The position numbers and the translations under genes were made by a program. A DNA stretch of 64,000 bases, from assembly GCA_964016885.1 (NCBI GenBank), contig OZ024743.1:188418001-188482000 (forward strand), written 5' to 3'. The notes below the pieces were generated by a model. That model was not told the origin of the DNA. It made no database searches and saw nothing but the letters and a program-made list of their open reading frames with translations. Numbering within the stretch: position 1 is the first letter of the stretch; every line of letters starts with the position of its first letter. Of this stretch, positions 22,960 to 36,820 are shown in pieces. This DNA is from Eledone cirrhosa (Eukaryota).

Positions 22960-25535
22960 TGCTTTTCTTACATACAAGCTGTACTATTTTGATACTCAGA
23001 GGACCCCCATTTCAGCCACTTATATTTGCGATTGTATTCTTTTGGTCATTACCCAAGATTAATAACTATAGATAAGAGTTTGCAGGAATATCGAAGTGAA
23101 GACAGTGTGTTTGGCTTTTCCACCTACATCTCTTCTTCTGATTTCTGAATGTTGAAGCAGGCACATTATCGCACTAGCTCCTGCCTGTCTTCCATCATTT
23201 GTGAGCACAGCTACAAGATAGTTGAAGTTCTTCACCTGTTTAGTGGAACTTCATTCACATGCAGAGCGCACTGTGCAGACTTTCTTGAGAGGATGAGTGT
23301 CTCAGTCTTTTCAGTATTGATTTTTATTCCAGCCATGCAGCATTTGGCAGCAAACCTATGAAGTGCATACTGGAGATCACATTCTGGTATGTAGTTCACA
23401 AATTCCAGCCATCTGATCCTACACCCAGCAGCCTTGATACCACTTCCAACCTGGCTGCACATGTCAATCCTGTCCATGTCGTTTATGAACAGGAGAGATG
23501 AAAGTACACTCCCTTGGTGGAGTCTGACATCCACATTGAATGGTTTTGTCTTACCCCCATTTATCTGAATACAAAAACTAGGGCATTCATGTAGACACAT
23601 CAGGGCAACAAGAAGCTGTCCATAACAGGTCCCTCAGAATGCAGTCATATACCTACTTGAGGTTTTCAAAACAAGCATGATTTCTCAAAGACCTACTGCA
23701 GTGTGAATATTTGATAGGTTGTGCATCTGGGGGCAAATCGACACTGTTTGTATGCTAGCTTGGACTCAACAATATCCCTATATCTCTTTGCCTGACAGAC
23801 CCTCCTGGGAAGTCTTAAAAAGAGGATCCATCTATAATTCGAGTAATCCCTTATCTCCCATTGCTTAGGTGCTTTTCCAGAGATCTAGGCCACCTGGCAG
23901 AGAATACCTTCTCTATTTAAGGTTAGTCATCACTTCTAGATGTACCTTGTGTACATCAGAAGATGCTTTTGTGACTGTATTTAGAAGATCAGCAAAGTAT
24001 TTTCTCCACCTCGTGAGGATGCACCTCTCTGAAGAGAGGAGAACCGCAGACTAATTCTTGAAAGCAGGTATGGAGGCCTTCTTATTACTGAGTCAGCAGG
24101 TGGTTGTCAGAACATTTTATTTCTTGATCTGAAGTTGGATTCCATGTTAATCCCAAAGTCTACCCATGTCTTAATTTTGAAAACATTTACTGACTATGTT
24201 GCAACTTTTCATACCTACTTCTGCCGCAAGTGCTAGAAATAGGACTTATTTCCAAGACAAGCTTTGTTAACCTCCCTTGTGGCATGGGTGGCATCATTGA
24301 CCAATTGATTGAATCAAATTGTACTCCTGCGACTCGGCACCATACCATGCTGCTTTTGCTCACATCTAACAACTGAAGATGAAACTGCTAGGTTGAACAA
24401 TTTCCACTCTGTTTCAACATACTCAGTTTTCTCAGAATTTGGATGGATTTGTATCTGCAAACCTGTTCCTGACTTTGTTATCCTTCAGTACTTCCCACTT
24501 TATCCTGTAGGTCAACTAGTTTGTGGGCTTCATTGCCTTTAGGTAGTTTAGGTGGTTTCAGGCTGCAGATAAATAGAGGGTGATCAATTGAGAACTCAGT
24601 ACATCTCTTATCATTGATCACAGAATCAAAGAGATCAGAGAAAGTAACACAATGAATTAGTGAACTGTGTTCTTGATTGCACTTTTGCCATGGGTAATTA
24701 TAGATATTCTTTGCTGGAAGAAGGTGTCCATAACAGAGATCCCATTACTAGCACAGAAGTTTAATAAGATCTCCATTCATGTTTATATCGGGATTGCCAT
24801 TCCTAGCAACCACTCCTTTCCATGTTATGTAGTCAGTGCCAACATACGCATTGATGTCTCCCATTAGAATGTGTGTCTCAGTCTTAAACACATCTAACAC
24901 TGCAATGACTTATTCAAGGAAGGATGTGTATTCTGGCTCTCCTTCTGGCACATAAACTTGCCGCACCCACATAGACCTGTCTTTCAGGTTAAATTCAAGA
25001 GGCAAATCTGATCTCTCAATGTGATCCAGATCATAACACTTTCTGTCAGCCAGAGGTGTGTGAGTATCATACTCCTGTATGTGCATTATTTTCTGGTGCC
25101 ACACCTGAATAGTGGAGTTTCCTTCCTCCATCCAGAGTCACAGTACTGTAGTCGGTAGCATCTGGCTTCCTCCACTAGTTCCTGTTCCATGCCTGTAAGG
25201 GTTGTAATATTCCAGTTACAAATTGTCAAGCTTTTCTCTCTTCTGGACCTTTACAAGGAGTAAAACTTGACATTTGCTAACTGGAAAATAGCTTGCGGGC
25301 CCATCGCCAGTTTTTACTATGTTCGATGTAATTGCAATATATTTTGCATCCCTTTTTATCCCACATGAAGAATACTGTGGTATGAATGCTTTACTATTTC
25401 CAGCCATATTGCAGTGTTTTGGTGGTCTCATTTGCACCAGTTCCCAATTTGGTACTTTTTCAAACCTATGAAAACTAGGCCTTTTTAAAGGTTACCTTTA
25501 TTCACTTCGCCATAGCTACATCACTGGGTTATGAG
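22960..25535 (-). pseudogene. Near full-length but heavily decayed older RTE (Expander/Rex3-like)
   Basis: ORF 23232..23600 (LHQGSVLSSLLF..MDRID...GIKINTEKTE) and ORF 24910..25131 (VRQVYVPEGEPEYTSFLE). 5' UTR shared with 7570-7760. Confidence 0.8.
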
Positions 25536-26101
25536 AGTTTTCTTGGCAGCTAACAGTATCACCCTTTGCTCCATCTCCCTTAGTAGCTTACCATTGTTGG
25601 TCCAGGGTTGTTTATTTATCCAACAAGAGCCCATTTACATTGCAACTAACCATCATATCTGGTGGTTGTATTACAATCGACCACCTGTAATACATTCTTT
25701 AGCAGAACAGCTTTGCCGAGAAACCCAATACCACATATTTAAAGAAAAAAAAAACATATAAGTTAAGTATCATAAGTATATGTAAGTATTCTAAAGTAGT
25801 AGAAAGCATAAAGGTTTGATTTTCTGTTAAGGCATTTCGTTTGTATTACTTTTCATACAAATATCAGCAGTAATCTTTTGATCCTTTACTGGCTTTAGTC
25901 AGCTGACTGTGGCCATGCTGGAACATTGATTTAGTTAATCATATTGATCTCCATGCATGTTATACTTAAGACTATTTGTTATTTTATCAATCTACTTTTA
26001 TCAAACCACTAAGTTACTTGAAATAAACACAGATAAAAATGTAAACACACACATGCTCACATTTTGTAAAGTATATTTTACACATACATATATATATATA
26101 T

Positions 26102-29100
26102 ATCACCATCATCATCATCATCATCATCATTTTACGTCCGCTTTTCCCTGCTTGCAAGGGTGGGACGGGTCTTATTCAGCACAGCATCTCTCCACTCGTC
26201 ACGGTCTTTTGTCATCTCCACTGTGAGCTTCAATGATCTGAGGTCTGTTCTCACCACCTCCGCCCATGTTTTTCGTGGTCTACCTCTACCACGTCTTCCT
26301 TCAACTGACATTTCCTGGCACTTCTTCACCCATCGGTCATCCTCCATGCGCATCACATGTCCATACCACCTCAGTCTCCTCTCCCGTACACTACTCTCAG
26401 ACACAGTTTCTCTCTCAACACATTTATGCTGGGTCGTTCACGGACATTTACACTGCACATCCAACGGAGTATGCTTGCCTCATTTCTCTCCAGCCGTCGC
26501 ATATCCTCTGCAGTTGCTGCCCATGACTCACTACCATGCAGCATCGCGCTCCTCCCACAGGCATCATACAACCGGCCTTTCGTACGCAGTGAGAAACCCT
26601 TCTTCGTCAACAGAAGAAGCAGCTCCCTAAACTTCTTCCAACCCGTCCTTATTCTAGATACTATGGCCTCGGAACACCCTCCTCCCATGCTAATCTGATC
26701 TCCTAGGTACCGGAAGCTATCCACCACTTCTATAGCACCCTCCTGCATCTGAAAAATGTGTCTATCAATGCGATTTCTACTGTCTAATTTCCCTGTACAT
26801 CTACTGCATACATATTTCTCCCTACCTGTTAGTTTTCCTGCTATCCCGCTACATCTCTTGTGTACCCAGGATCTGCATTGTGTGCATTTTATAGAATTTA
26901 TGCCAGTTCCTTTTCTGCTTATCGAACATGGCCATTTCCCCGACGGAATCAGGGTTTTGTCCTCTTTTCTACTCAACAACACTTTTGTCTTAGCTAGAAT
27001 CACTCTCATTCCTCTTGCTTCCAACTGCTTTTTCCATAGTCAGAATTTATTCTCTAGCTCCTCTACTGATTCTGCTGTAAGAACCAGATCGTCAGCATAG
27101 AGAAGTTCCTATGGACAACCAGTCTTAAACTCCTCTGTTATGGCTTGGAGGATTATAATGAACAAGAGCGGGCTGAGGACCGAACCCTGATGTACTCCTA
27201 CTTGTATCTGGAATTCCTCACTAAACTCCATTCCTACCCTGACTTTACTGAGAGTACCTCTGTACAAAGTTTGCACTGTCCTCACAAGCCATTCCTCAAC
27301 ACCTAGCTTCCTTAGGGACCACCAGATGACAGATCGGGGTACCCTATCAAAGGCCTTCTCTAGGTCAACAAAGGCTAAGTATAGTGGCTTATTCTTCTCT
27401 AAGAACCTCTCTTGCAATTGTCTCACCAAGAAGAGGGCATCTGTTGTACTCTTCCCAGGCACAAAACCAAACTGCATCTCATCTAGTTTGACCCTTTCTC
27501 TAATTAGTTGTGCTAAAATCCTTTCTGCCACTTTCATAACCTGATCTATCAGTTTTATACCCCTATAATTGCTCCTCTCCAGAGCATCCCCTTTACCTTT
27601 GTAGAAATTTATGAGAATACAGCTGCACCAGTCTTTGGGTATGACACCACCATATATAGCCTGATTGATGATGCGTGCAACCAGTTTAGTGCCTACGTCC
27701 CCTGATGCCTTCAGCATCTCAGCAACTATTCCCGATGGTCCGGCAGCCTTACCATTTTTCATTTCCCTAATCGCCTCTTGGACCTTATATTCGTCAATCT
27801 CAATAGCTGGTCCCTCTGTCGGATCTACCAGGGGTAATTTCTCTCTCTCCCATTTGTTCTCCACATTCATCAGTCTCTCATAATGACAATCCAGGCCTCC
27901 TTTTTCTGATCATTCATGACACTAAGTACACCGGCATCATCCCGGACACATTTATCTCCAACAACATCCTGATTTGCATTGACACACTGCCTTGAAATGT
28001 GGAACACCGCACGCCTCTGATCTTCCCGTCGCAGAACATTGGCAAACCTCCTACTCTCTGCCTCCCTACGTGCTAAGTACACCTGACGTCTAGCTTCTCT
28101 CTTAGTGGCTGTATATTCTTCCCTACTCCCACCCTCTTTCCAAGCCTTCCATGCTAGTCTTTTGTATCTAATAGCTTTATCTACTGTGCTGTTCCACCAC
28201 CAGGTCACTCTCTGTCTGGTTGCAGCTCCGCTCCAGCCACAAGTTTCATCAGTAGCCTGCAGCAAGTTGTCACGTAAGAAATCGTCTTCTTTTTCGTCAT
28301 ATACATCTTGAAGGGCTTTCCTAAATTTGTATTTTAGTGAAAGGTCTTTTAGCTTCCAGACCTTTCTTCTCCACATCTTCCTATATGTCTCATTCCATCT
28401 CTTGCTTACTGAGATATCACTAACAACTAACCTATGCTGTGGGGTACATTCTTCCCCAGGGTATACCTTGGTATTAGACACTATCTGCCTGTGCCGCTGC
28501 CTAACCAGTAAGAAGTCAATCTGGCTTATCTGCTCACCAGATTTGTAGGTTATTAGGTGATTGGCAGGTTTCTGGAAGTTTGTTTTGTACATAGTCAATG
28601 TACCTGCATCACAAAATTCAAGAAGTCTCACTCCTTCTCCATTTCTTGAACCGTAACCATGCCTACCATGTACCCCAGTGTAACCATCCTGGAGCTGTCC
28701 AACATGACCATTGAAGTCTCCTGCTAGCATGACGATGTCTCCGTCCTCTGTCATTGCGGTTGTTTGCAAAAGTTGTTCATAAAAGCAGTCTTTCTCATCT
28801 TTGCCTACGCCTGCTTGGGGAGCATAGGCCGAGATGATTGTCAGTAGTCTCCTACCTACAACTAATCTAAGCTTAATTATTCGATTACTAACTCGAACTA
28901 CCTCTATTGTCTTATTGATCCATTTCTTAGCCAGGAAAATGCCTACTCCCCCTAACCCATCATCCTTACCTACCCAGAATAGCTTATAGCTACGACGTTT
29001 GCCTACGACTAGTCTCGCAGAAGCACCTCTCCATCTCACCTCTTGCACGCAGCACACATCCACCTGCCTTCTCTCCAGCATCTCTGCTATTTCAGCAGAT

Positions 29101-29300
29101 CTACCTCTGAGAGTGCCAACATTAAGTGTTGCAACTCTGAAATGCGACGTCTTCATATTTTGTTGTTGTTCCTATTTGTTGCTGTGCTGATAAGCGTTTT
29201 GGCATTGATACACTGGTTGGATGCCCTTCCTAACACCAGCGCCACTTTACAGCATGGACTGGGTGCTTTTATTTGTGCCACCAGCACTAGAGAGGATGTC
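26102..29300 (-). mobile_element. Full-length but inactivated RTE LINE, subfamily B (divergent from A), ORF running into the (GAT)n tail
   Basis: ORF pieces 27870..29156 (APE, ATG start), 27109..27870, 26371..27024 and 26132..26404. Frameshifts near 27870 and 26400; TGG>TAG at CP*ELLYADD. Stop codon lies inside the terminal cggacgTAAaatgatg. Confidence 0.92.
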
Positions 29301-29354
29301 TTACTCGACTCAAGGGCCCTCTCTACCCCTCCATTTTACAGCATGGTCATAAAA

Positions 29355-29720
29355 AATAAAAAAAATAAAAACTTATTGACACGACGCACACACACACACT
29401 CACACACCAACACTCATGCATACAAACTACAACCACACACACGCCACTCACATACCAACACTCATTCATGCATACAAACACACACACCACTCACAAACAT
29501 ATGTATATATATATATTACCGGCAGTACTGATACAAAAAAAAAACTTATTGACACAACGCACACACACACACACTCACACAGCAACACTATTGCATACAA
29601 ACCACAACCACACACATGGCACTCACATACCAACACTCGTTCATGCATACAAACACACACACCACTCACAAACACACACATATATATATATATATATATA
29701 TTACCGGCAGTACTGATACA
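29355..29720 (+). repeat. Two-copy tandem duplication of about 175 bp, CA-rich
   Basis: aaaaacttattgacac..cgcacacac...tattaccggcagtactgataca occurs twice. Confidence 0.88.
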
Positions 29721-32674
29721 AATACAAAATCAAAATCAATATCATGTCAACTGTTGTCCTTTCCCAGTCCAGTTCAGCTTGTATATAATAATAATAATAA
29801 TATATATATATATATATACAGTTTCTGTCTGCTAATTAGTCAATGTAAAACTATAATAGAAGACATTTGCTCAAGGTGCTGTGCAGTGGAACTAAACCCA
29901 GAAATACTTTGTTGTGACACAACTTCCTTAATCACAAAGCCCTACTTGAGCCTAGTAATTGATAATCTAAAAAGGTATGTTATTTGATATGTTAGCTTCC
30001 TCTCAGTACACCTTGCATGAAGACAGAATTCATTATATTGACTAAATAGGTAATTAAATTTGTAATATCATTTGCAGTGAAATATACTTAATGTCTCCAA
30101 AATTTGTGAAAAGTCATCTGCGGTAACTTATTCAACTTAATATTGAAAATACCTTCCCTGTTGGTTAAATTTTAGAATGAATAAAGATGCTCAAGTTAGC
30201 TTCAAGTCATAGCTCCAAACTGAATCACTCTATTTAATATCTAAATTTGCAACATGCAAATTTCTTTACAACCAATTCTGAATTCTAAAGCCAGCTGTGT
30301 TCCCAAATCACAAATATACTTTACAAAATAAAATAAAATTGTCTCATTACTTAACTTCTTTCATTCCTCTAAAATCATCTCTTAATTTTATTTCAGATGA
30401 AGTGCCTTTCAAACATTTTAACACTTGAAACAGAATAACACAAAATATAAAATATAAGAAATATTTGAATCCATCAGAAGATGTCTATAATGTAAAGTGA
30501 AAGTAAGTAAAATTTATAATCTAACTTCGTAATGTTATTAATTTCCACTTTCTTAAAAAATCTCTTTCAAAAAAAATAATTTCCGAGAATACTTTATATG
30601 TTGCTTTATAGGAATAATGAAATATTTAACAAATATATCAGTGGTGTTTGAAACTAAAACTTAATTTCAAACTTACAAAATTCTCATCAAATTTCTTATG
30701 ATGAATGTTAGTTTTGCTTCTTTCCTCTTTTCATTTTCATTGTTCAATTATAAATATAAAATAAATAAATAAACTTTTGAAATTAAAAAAAATATTTCTC
30801 TGCTTTATTAATAATGTTCATGAATAGAAGCAATATTCTAATTTAATTTTTTCTTACATCATTATTTACTATATTTGTCTTGAGGTAACTAAATTATTGA
30901 TCATCGAATATCATAAAAAATGTTTATATAACTTTCACATTGTTTGTTATTTGAAAATTTCGGCTATAAATGTTGGTGTACCTGCTTAATTTCAATATTT
31001 TTTAAAATCCAAATTATGTTATGAAATATTACTTAATATTTTATCAAAACATAGCTTATTTACTTTCAAATACTTCTCAAGTATATACAGAATGATACGT
31101 ATTTTCCAAAAGATGAGGCAAGGAGATCAAATGTTAAGTGTGAGGAAATAGAGAAATTGGTGTTGATGTATTTTTAAGGGGTACTAATAGTAGGAAAATT
31201 AAAAGAAAATTTACTTGCTTGAAATCTGATTATTATTTTATGAATAAATCATGGGGAGAGTTAAAATAAAATCCTGACTTACATAGGTGCTGTCTAGATT
31301 GGAATCAACAATGTGACTACAGGACATATGTATGTATGCCATCAGTAATTCCATTACTTCAATTTTGTATGAACAGTGCTTTACTGTTAAACTTGTGGTA
31401 GATTTGAGTAAGGGTAGGAGAAAAGGGCATAATTACTTCTCCCTAAAACTTATTGGTAAAATAAAGATCCAATTTTAAACTTGTTTAATCAGGTTGTAAA
31501 TATTTCAATTAGAAGTAATTAAAAAAATTTCTCTAAGCAGTTTGAACACCATTTCATTAAATATCCATTCTATCATGCCTAAGTATTCTTAGAACATGTT
31601 GTTGGCCTCTGCATTGTAACAACTTGGCAGATGATATGCAGTTATGTTTTTGTGAGCATCAATTTTAGATAGATATTACAATTTCTTTGTAATCTGCAGA
31701 CTGTCAATTGTTTTTTAATATAAAACAGAAGTAATATAGTCTAGTCAAAAAACATTTTAGAGCAAAAATCGAGTCTCCAAGTAATTAACTATATAGTTTT
31801 GTGCCTGAAATGCTTACTGTACAGTCAACTGCCTCCTAATGGGAGTGTGGAGATCAATTGCTCTACAACCAAAAACTGATAATCTTCAGTGAAATATATA
31901 TAACAGGGCTTTAAATATAACTAAATCAATGGATTATAGCCTCCGATCTGATGAACACATGAACAAAATGTCATTTTCTGATCTGTCTGGCTACATAACA
32001 TGACAGCCTGTCTAATCTATGCAAGCATGGAAAAAGGATGTTAAACTGTGATGATGATGATGATATATCATTCTAATATACATCATTATATATATCATTC
32101 CAACTTTTCTAGGAAACATTTATTTACATTATAAATGAATGAAGTATTATAGTTTCAATATAAAGTGTCATTAGATAGCTATAAGGAACAATTTGAAACA
32201 GAAAAGACAAACAGACCCATTGATGTGAATCAAACAATGTTATTTATTGCTTATGTGGTTCAGTTTCCCTCAGAAAGCACATTTCTCTCTTCTGTCTGAA
32301 ATTGGTATTTATAATGTTGAATAAAATTTTCTGCTGAAAAGTGTAATTTCTCTATCTTAAATATTAAATGAAAGAGAGACATCTAGTTATGTTTAAGATT
32401 AATGAATATAACATGTAATATGGGCTTTTTATCTTTTTAGTAACTAACAATTATTATCATGAAATATGACAATAGCAAAGTTTAAAGAAAAAAGTAACTG
32501 AAACTAATATATTAAAGTTCTAATGTAAAATACAGGGATTGACAGGATCTGTATTATGTAATTAGTAATGTGCTCCATCAGAAAGAGATAAGTTTCTTTT
32601 ATTTGCCACTAGATGTAGATGAGATTGGAGGGATTGTATATAAGTAGGATAAAAATACCTTTTTTATATGGGAG

Positions 32675-32920
32675 GATGTCAGAGGCAGTAGAAGGAGTCT
32701 AAATGCAAGCAATTGTCAAATAGTAGAGGAAGGGAAAGTGTCAGAGGGCAGTGGAAGGGAGAGTGTCAGAGGGCAGTGGGAGAGGGTATGTCATAGAGCA
32801 ATGAAGGAGTAGTGTCAAATGGCAGTGGAATGTGGTGTCAGATGGCAGTTGAAGGGGATAGGACAGTCGAATGGGACAGTGATAGAGCTGTTGGATGGGG
32901 TGTGTCAGAGGACAGTGGGA
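32675..32920 (+). repeat. Degenerate purine-rich minisatellite, unit about 22-24 bp
   Basis: Repeated gtgtcagagggcagtgg(a/g)aggg. Confidence 0.75.
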
Positions 32921-34199
32921 ATCTGATGGGTCCCAAGCTACCCCTAAATTGTTGGCAGTGTGGTACAAAGAATGTGGGAGAAGAACATGAATGGGAGCAA
33001 TTTAGATGAGTTGAGGGGGTGATATAGCAGATAAGGTTATGATGAAGGTAAGAAGATGTGTGAAGCAGAGCAGCAGACTAATTGAAGAACAGTGGAACAT
33101 AGCAGGGATCATCTTCATCAACATCTTCACTGTTTAACATCTATTTTTAATGTTTACATGGATTAGACAAGTTGTCATGTTATGGGGTTAAACTGGTCAG
33201 ATAACTACATCCTGCTTGTATGTTTCCTTTTTGGCTTGGTTTCTATGGTTGGTGTCCCCCAGCATTTACTGGCAGCAGGATTTCTATGATTGGATACCTG
33301 TCTTAACACCTAGCATTTTATAGCATATACTGGAATTATTTTATTGTGATTTCAGCACCTTTAGTTCATTGGTAGCTTTTAATCATTGCACCAGTGCTTC
33401 CTCGTTACTAAGTGGATTAGTTGCTTTTTTATTGTGACAGCTACACTACCACCTTACAGGGTTGGCTGGGTGTTTTATTGTGGTGCCAGCACTAACTCGG
33501 TACAGGGTGGGCTGGGTGAATTTTAGCATGGGACCAGCACAGGTTTATGTCAAAAATAATCTGCTTCTTTGAAACTATTGCACTACTTTTTCATGAAATT
33601 CATCTGGCAATTTTGCAGTAGTCATCAAAATGTTGTAACTATCTGTATAATTGACATTTCCTTCTGCTCTCATTTCATGTTTTCTTTGTTACAGGAAGAC
33701 ATATACACATTAACTTTAATAGTTTAAGATGTATATTATAGAAAGAAATTGTTTTTATAACATGGAATGTGTAATTTTTATGAATGGAAATGTGAATAAT
33801 AGATATTTCAATTATTAGTAAATGTCAGCATCAGATATTAAAATTAGGTTGATTGCAGTTAGAAGAGCTCTATCTAGCTCTGTCAGGAATCTGAATAGTC
33901 TTTATTGACATGCAGTAGATGGAAAACTAATTTGTTTTCCAATGTTGTTTCCCCTCAAAGCCTTTTACTGATTATATATTGCCTATATTTTACTATCAAT
34001 CAATTTTTAAAATGTTTATATACTTTATATGTATGACAGGGTTTTTAAATATATTTTCATATTTTGGAAATAAATACAAATAAATACAGATACATATATT
34101 TCTCTTACTTTTAATAATAAAATATTAGTGATTAAACGGTTAAACCTTTAACTTTTATCATGGGACTGAAAACATTTTCTTAAGGTTGTTTGTCTTCAA

Positions 34200-34640
34200 A
34201 GACCAAGGTGGTAAAAGTTTCCAGAATGTCTGAATCAGAAGATCATTTGAAAATGCTGGTAATGGATCACAAATGAATTGCAGAAAGTATGCAACTAATT
34301 CAAAAACAAAACAAAAAATCCTTTAGAATCAATGAGGACAACAGCATAAAGAATCCTGGACTATAAATCAAATAGCATGAATGGAAAAGTGACAAGTTAA
34401 AGAAAGGGAATCATTTGAACATAACAAAAATATAAATTATAAATCTGATACAGTTGTCTTCATTGGCAGAATGTTTCTAATATGTGTACATTGTGGAGCG
34501 AAGATGTAGAAAGAAGACATTCCAGGCATGTGCTGTTCAAATGAGATAATAAAATTACAACCCAAATCAATGCCTCCTGAGCCCCATAAACAATTGTTGA
34601 AAGGAATTGCAGTAGAATCAAATATTTTAAGGCAAGAAGA
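34200..34640 (+). pseudogene. Decayed Helitron Rep/helicase N-terminal fragment
   Basis: In frame from 34462: IGRMFLICVHCGAKM*KEDIPGMCCSNEIIKLQPKSMPPEPHKQLLKG. This matches the Helitron motif IG.M...C.HC.A....E..G.CC..G.V.L....PPEPL..LL.G. Confidence 0.75.
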
Positions 34641-34983
34641 TATATGTCTTGCTTCCAAACATCTTTTGAAGCTATTGAAGTTGATAAAGGAGAATGAAAT
34701 TCAAAATACAGATGCATATTTATCATCTTGGTGAGTCACATATTTCACTTCTAAAAGCTGATCATAAATACCTACAGATATACTTTGTGGTTGATGAATG
34801 AGAACAGACAAAGCAACATTGAAACAGCACTGCAGTTATTTCAGGGTACGTTTTTCTTGATAGTCAGGAAATGTTACATCAACACACTGATTATAGAAAG
34901 AGATATAAAGCTGCTTTTGAAAATATGAATGCATCTGACATGTAAATTATCATTGAAGCAGGCAGATAAAGGATCCTCTAGAG

Positions 34984-35148
34984 TAGGCATATCAAATATG
35001 CGGCCCTTTATATGCACACCTGCAGCCCGCACAAAGGTCTTTACAGTGCGAGCATGTTTTATCTTTGTAATATAAAATTTAAAAAAATTATTTCTATTTT
35101 AGTTGTCATGTGTGGCCCTCAGACAACACATCAATTTAAACACCTTTG
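34984..35148. mobile_element. Possible degenerate hAT-type MITE
   Basis: 5' taggcatatcaaatatgcggccc, internal gcagcccgc and tgtggccctc, 3' tttaaacacctttg; resembles CAGGGGTGTCAAAC..GCGGCCC ends. Confidence 0.4.
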
Positions 35149-36289
35149 CAGGCATGAATGTAATCATTTTATTCAGTTCAATAAAGTCACTTTTACAATT
35201 GTACATTTATTGCTGACTGTTAATTATTTGTGACTAATAATTTCATTCATATTTGTTAACTGTTGAAGGATTGGATGATATCATTTTACAGAATCCAAGA
35301 TATTGCACTTTCTGTATTTGTATATGAATGCAAAGGAAATATTTCCATTTATTACCTTTTCATTGTGAAATTTCCTTTTTAAATTAGGGATTTGTTTAGC
35401 CCTAGTTACAATATTATGCATCAGGTCTTGCTGATATTTTTGTTTTTGAAGAAATATTTTGAAATCTTCTTGCTATCTAGCTGAATCTGTTACAATTTCA
35501 TACATTAAATGAAGCATTTCTTTTAGTATGGGATGGAGGATAAGATCTAAAATCTAGGTACTGGTGTTTAGTAATTGCTTTGCAATATAGATCTGTTTTA
35601 ATAATATCATTTTCCTTAATTAATAAAATGTCAAAAATGTTTATGGAAATTTATAAAATATAAATTATTGTCTGTTATAAGATTTAGAGTTTAACAATAT
35701 TTTTTGCCATTATTGAATAATAATCTTTCTGAAAAATAACATATGTTAAAAGCATTGCTAAACTGAAGAGAAACTTAGAAGTGACTAACGTCACAGTGTA
35801 ATGATACAGACCAACAATTGATTTAAGATCTAATTATACAACTGAAACACTAACTGTTACAAGAGACTTGCAGAGACAATTATCCTTGATTGATAGATAC
35901 AAGTGTGACAGTACTTCTATATAATACAGTCTTGTAGATAATGGTTTCTATTTGGAAAGAATTACTTTAGGATTTGCTTCATAGCTTTCTATAAGACTCA
36001 GTTAATAAATGTATATTGGTGAACCCATTGAGATATACACTAATTATAAAAGATATTGCATTATAGTTATATTATGTTATAGCAGGAATCATAGCTAGCT
36101 ATTAGTATGATATATCTATCGTGATAAATCAATTCTAGATGTGAATTATGATAAATGAAATTTAATTCATTTTAGTGTCACTCTATAAATTGCTTCATCT
36201 GCAATAAATGAAGTGTCAGTTTCCTTTCTACCTTTATATATAACTTGTTTCAATGTTAATTCAAGACAGTATAAAAATAATTATAATAA

Positions 36290-36820
36290 TAATATGGTCG
36301 TGTCATGAGATAAGTCTGGTCAGATGACCACACCATACCTCGCACATATCAAGACTGTGCATTGGCTGAGATTTTACAGCTGCTGGATGCCCTTCTCTAC
36401 ACCAACTATGATTACAGTGTGGAACTGGATGGCACCATTATGAAGAGGGTCTGGCCAGCTGGCTTTTCATCCACTGCTCACAGCATAACCGTATTTTGGG
36501 AGCTGGATGATCCCATTATGAGGTGATCTGGCCAGTTGGCTGTGCCATGCCATGCTGATTGTGAGGCCATGTTTTGGCTGGGTTTTTACAGCTGCGGATG
36601 CCCTTCCTACAGCCAACCATATTTACAGTGTTGAACTGGGTGACAACATTATGAGGCACGTCTGCCTAATTGGATGCGCCATACCTTGCTCAAACGAAAC
36701 TGTATTTTAGCTAGGATTTTTAAAGTGGCATGCCCTTCCTAACACCAACACGCTTACAGTGTGGAACTGAGTTGTCCTGAGACAAATCTGTCCAGATTGC
36801 CACACTGTACCTTGCCAAAC
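36290..36820 (-). repeat. Tandem array of three to four degenerate GGATGCCCTTCC modules, period about 120 bp
   Basis: ggctg.g.ttttacagctgc.ggatgcccttc.ta..ccaac.at..ttacagtgt.gaactgg recurs at about 36363, 36576 and 36708. Confidence 0.7.

Noticed and set aside
30396-30502. Candidate exon between tttatttcag and gtaagt
   Set aside because: Stop codons in all three frames; could be non-coding but there is no support without RNA data.
32675-32920. Regularly spaced ~23-bp repeats as a possible CRISPR array (also 48375-48503)
   Set aside because: Contiguous degenerate units with no unique spacers, no cas genes, and a eukaryotic context.
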